DNA of 38,489 nucleotides from Candidatus Heimdallarchaeota archaeon. Lineage in GTDB: Archaea > Asgardarchaeota > Heimdallarchaeia > Heimdallarchaeales > Heimdallarchaeaceae. The position numbers and the translations under genes were made by a program. This document shows positions 36,154 through 38,489 of the stretch, piece after piece (the first letter of the stretch is position 1; every line of letters begins with the position of its first letter). Below the pieces are notes generated by a model. That model made no database searches, had not been told where the DNA came from, and worked only from the letters and a program-made list of their open reading frames with translations. The DNA is taken from assembly GCA_021399345.1 (NCBI GenBank), contig JAAFKI010000136.1:1-38489 (forward strand), written 5' to 3'.

Positions 36154-37296
36154 TTATGGTTTTAGAGAGAAAGGTAAAAAAACTTGCAAAACACTCTTCA
36201 GCGAAGTAAGGAACCTTTCAACATTTTCTGGTTGGGCAGTATGTCCCATTAATCCAATTCGCCATATCTTACCTGCTAATGGTCCTAAGCCGCCACCAAT
36301 TTCAATTTTATGTTCAAACCGCAGTTTCTTTCTAACTTCCGCTTCATCAACACCTTCGGGAATGGATACAGCATTAAGCATTGGAAGACGAAACTTATCC
36401 TCAACATACATTTTCAAACCCAATTCTTCCAACCCTACTTTTAATTTATTGTGACATTCTGCATGGCGTTGAAATACCTGTTCAGCTCCTTCTTCAAAGA
36501 AAAGAAGAAGTGCTTGATAGAGTGCATATAGCATATTTATTGGCGCTGTATGATGATATACTCGCTTGTGATCTTTTTGCCAATATTCTCCAACCAAGCT
36601 CATGTCTAGATACCAGTTTGGAACTCGGGTCTTCCTATTTCTAATCTTTGATAAAGCTTTTTCCGAAAAACTAACAGGTGCTAAACCGGGAGGAACTGAT
36701 AAACATTTTTGAGATCCACTATACAAGGCATCAATCCCCCAATCATCAACTTTAACTTCAATCCCTCCGAGACTTGTAACTGCATCCACTAAGAATAAAC
36801 TTTCAGTATCTTTAATTATATGTGATATCTCCTCGACTGGGTTTCTTACTCCAGTAGAGGTTTCTGCATGGACCATAGCAATGAGATTATAGGAATTGCT
36901 TGATAATTTTTCTTTTACTTGTTCTGGATCAATAGGTGTCCCCCATTCAAATTCTATGACATCTACATTTGCACCTAAACGCTCTGCTACTTCGCACATT
37001 CGTTTTCCAAAAACTCCATTTATGAGTATTAAGACCTTATCTCCTGACTCAACCAAATTAACAAAACAGGTTTCCATCCCTGCAGATCCTGTACCTGAAA
37101 CTGGGATTGTCAATTTATTTTTGGTATTCAACAATTTTTGTAGCAATACCTGAATCTGATCCATTATATTAATAAAATGGGGATCTAGGTGGCCCAAAGT
37201 GAAACGATTGAGTGCTTTATATACGTCAGGATGAACACAAGAGGGTCCTGGTCCCATTAACAAGATTTCTTCAATATCGTCTAATAGATTCGTCAT
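36154..37296 (-). CDS. Alanine-glyoxylate / serine-pyruvate aminotransferase (class V PLP enzyme)
   Basis: LLMGPGPS, SGTGSAGME, VHAETSTG, VDAVTSLGG, SGSQKCL (PLP Lys), YHHTAP and WRIGLMG motifs; AGGGTGA SD upstream. Confidence 0.94.
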   Translation of the reverse strand: MTNLLDDIEEILLMGPGPSCVHPDVYKALNRFTLGHLDPHFINIMDQIQVLLQKLLNTKNKLTIPVSGTGSAGMETCFVNLVESGDKVLILINGVFGKRMCEVAERLGANVDVIEFEWGTPIDPEQVKEKLSSNSYNLIAMVHAETSTGVRNPVEEISHIIKDTESLFLVDAVTSLGGIEVKVDDWGIDALYSGSQKCLSVPPGLAPVSFSEKALSKIRNRKTRVPNWYLDMSLVGEYWQKDHKRVYHHTAPINMLYALYQALLLFFEEGAEQVFQRHAECHNKLKVGLEELGLKMYVEDKFRLPMLNAVSIPEGVDEAEVRKKLRFEHKIEIGGGLGPLAGKIWRIGLMGHTAQPENVERFLTSLKSVLQVFLPFSLKP

Positions 37297-37406
37297 ATCT
37301 TTTCACCCTTTTGAGGAGTTTCAATATCCTATTTGATAATATACTGATACTATTAAAAAACTATTTCATTTTTTTTTAAAAAAGTGATTGGAGTTTTAAT
37401 GTCCTG

Positions 37407-38144
37407 TCACTTTCTTTTGTTCTTTATACTATTAACCAAAATGTCTCCAATTAGATATAATCCACACAGGATTAATGCAATATCTACGTACGCACCAAGC
37501 ATTATCATTCCAAAGAAACCAAAGTAGATTGTTAAAGCTCCAACAAAAACTGTTAACATGACTGGTTTTGGTTTTTTTGAGAGTATTAACAAAGCTGACA
37601 ACATAACCAATGTTGGACAATTCACACCACCTAAAGGTGAATAGAGTAAAGCATTCAAAGCTATTGGTGGTTCTACCCAATGTAAGTACCAAAAACCAAA
37701 GAGTAATCCGATGCTAGAAAATATCCAATCAAGAATCTTAGCATTTTCTAGATCAAACTTCAGTTTCTTAGATACAAATGCTAGGAGGACTAGGACCGTG
37801 ATTACTCCAAAGAAGATTATGTTTGGTATGACAATGTAAATACTTGAAACAACTGTGCTGGACAATGAAAGAAGAAACAGCATAACAAAGAAAATTTTAT
37901 TTCTAAATCTTTTCCATACAATTCCTGTTCCTAAAAGAAGAATCATTACGATGTGCATCGCAAGGAAATAATATTTCAATTGACTGCTTATTAATGTCAG
38001 CGTGTTTACTATATGTTCAGGGGTTCTCATAAAAGTCATAATTACTATTAGCACAAAAACCAATCCCAAAAAACCCCAAGTAATTAAGCTTCTCCAATCA
38101 TACTTCATCTCTGTTTTCTTTTTTATTTCTAAAGTATTGTTCAT
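37407..38144 (-). CDS. Multi-pass membrane protein (DUF6064-like, tentative)
   Basis: About seven to eight TM segments and an SPLGGVNCPT motif. Confidence 0.7.
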   Translation of the reverse strand: MNNTLEIKKKTEMKYDWRSLITWGFLGLVFVLIVIMTFMRTPEHIVNTLTLISSQLKYYFLAMHIVMILLLGTGIVWKRFRNKIFFVMLFLLSLSSTVVSSIYIVIPNIIFFGVITVLVLLAFVSKKLKFDLENAKILDWIFSSIGLLFGFWYLHWVEPPIALNALLYSPLGGVNCPTLVMLSALLILSKKPKPVMLTVFVGALTIYFGFFGMIMLGAYVDIALILCGLYLIGDILVNSIKNKRK

Positions 38145-38258
38145 TTTGTCACATTCTTAAATTGTTGATTATAAGTCTATAAGTATATACTTATTTAAGT
38201 CTTTCTAAATCTGTACCGCTCTTTTAGTTATGTTTGTCTAAATCAACGATAACTCGTA

Positions 38259-38489
38259 CTATTCAATACTGACGTCCTCACAGTCATCTCTAAATGGACA
38301 ATCTTCACACTGTCCTCCTTGAGAACATCTAGTGAATGCAAAATCATACAATTTGTCAACAAGTTTCTTCTGTCTTCTGAACTCAACAAGATTCAGGAAA
38401 TAGTATATCTTGGGTCTTTCTTTTTCTGAATAGAGGATATTAACATTTTTTAGAATTTTCAGGTGTTGTGATGTAGCTGGTTGTGATAC
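38259..38489 (-). CDS. ArsR/SmtB family transcriptional regulator, 5'-truncated by the window edge, with Cys-rich tail
   Basis: Not in the ORF track. Manual translation: VSQPATSQHLKILKNVNILYSEKERPKIYYFLNLVEFRRQKKLVDKLYDFAFTRCSQGGQCEDCPFRDDCEDVSIE*. SQPATSQHLKILK is the ArsR recognition-helix signature. Confidence 0.88.
   Translation of the reverse strand, partial: VSQPATSQHLKILKNVNILYSEKERPKIYYFLNLVEFRRQKKLVDKLYDFAFTRCSQGGQCEDCPFRDDCEDVSIE

Noticed and set aside
5396-37692. Many short ORFs in the track that overlap larger genes (e.g. 5396..5590, 6496..6738, 9673..10041, 20147..20464, 22083..22541, 29857..30357, 36896..37153, 37432..37692)
   Set aside because: They are antisense or out-of-frame shadows of well-supported genes, often Ser/Phe/Ile-rich as expected from the reverse complement of A-rich coding DNA, and carry no motifs.

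Overview
AT-rich, densely coding archaeal DNA. An Asgard archaeon, probably Heimdallarchaeia-like, is inferred from the small Rab/MglA-like GTPase, a roadblock-like domain, TSP3-like and NosD-type surface proteins, TTTAAA-type TATA boxes and oligo-T gene ends. Ordinary content includes a dCache sensor kinase, M42 and M24 peptidases, nadA-nadC, an IF-2B family protein, an MTA/SAH deaminase-like amidohydrolase, an AmmeMemoRadiSam enzyme, CocE/NonD and other hydrolases, a MacB-like ABC exporter, an ArsB/NhaD permease, DinB and an alanine-glyoxylate aminotransferase. The most interesting items are: (1) a four-gene cassette of a small GTPase, two unknown helical proteins and a short serine recombinase, with a palindromic 20-bp tandem repeat just before the recombinase start; (2) an NAD kinase homologue with a degenerate catalytic motif fused to a winged HTH, divergent from nadAC, which may be an NAD-sensing regulator; (3) a roadblock-like domain fused to five ~86-aa coiled-coil repeats; (4) a membrane-anchored FG-GAP propeller with 24 Ca-binding repeats and a 14-aa cytoplasmic repeat; (5) a marked synonymous codon switch inside the ABC operon; (6) an ArsR regulator missing from the ORF track, with a four-Cys tail. 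No rRNA, tRNA, CRISPR array or transposase was recognised. All family calls come from motif recognition by eye; no searches were run.
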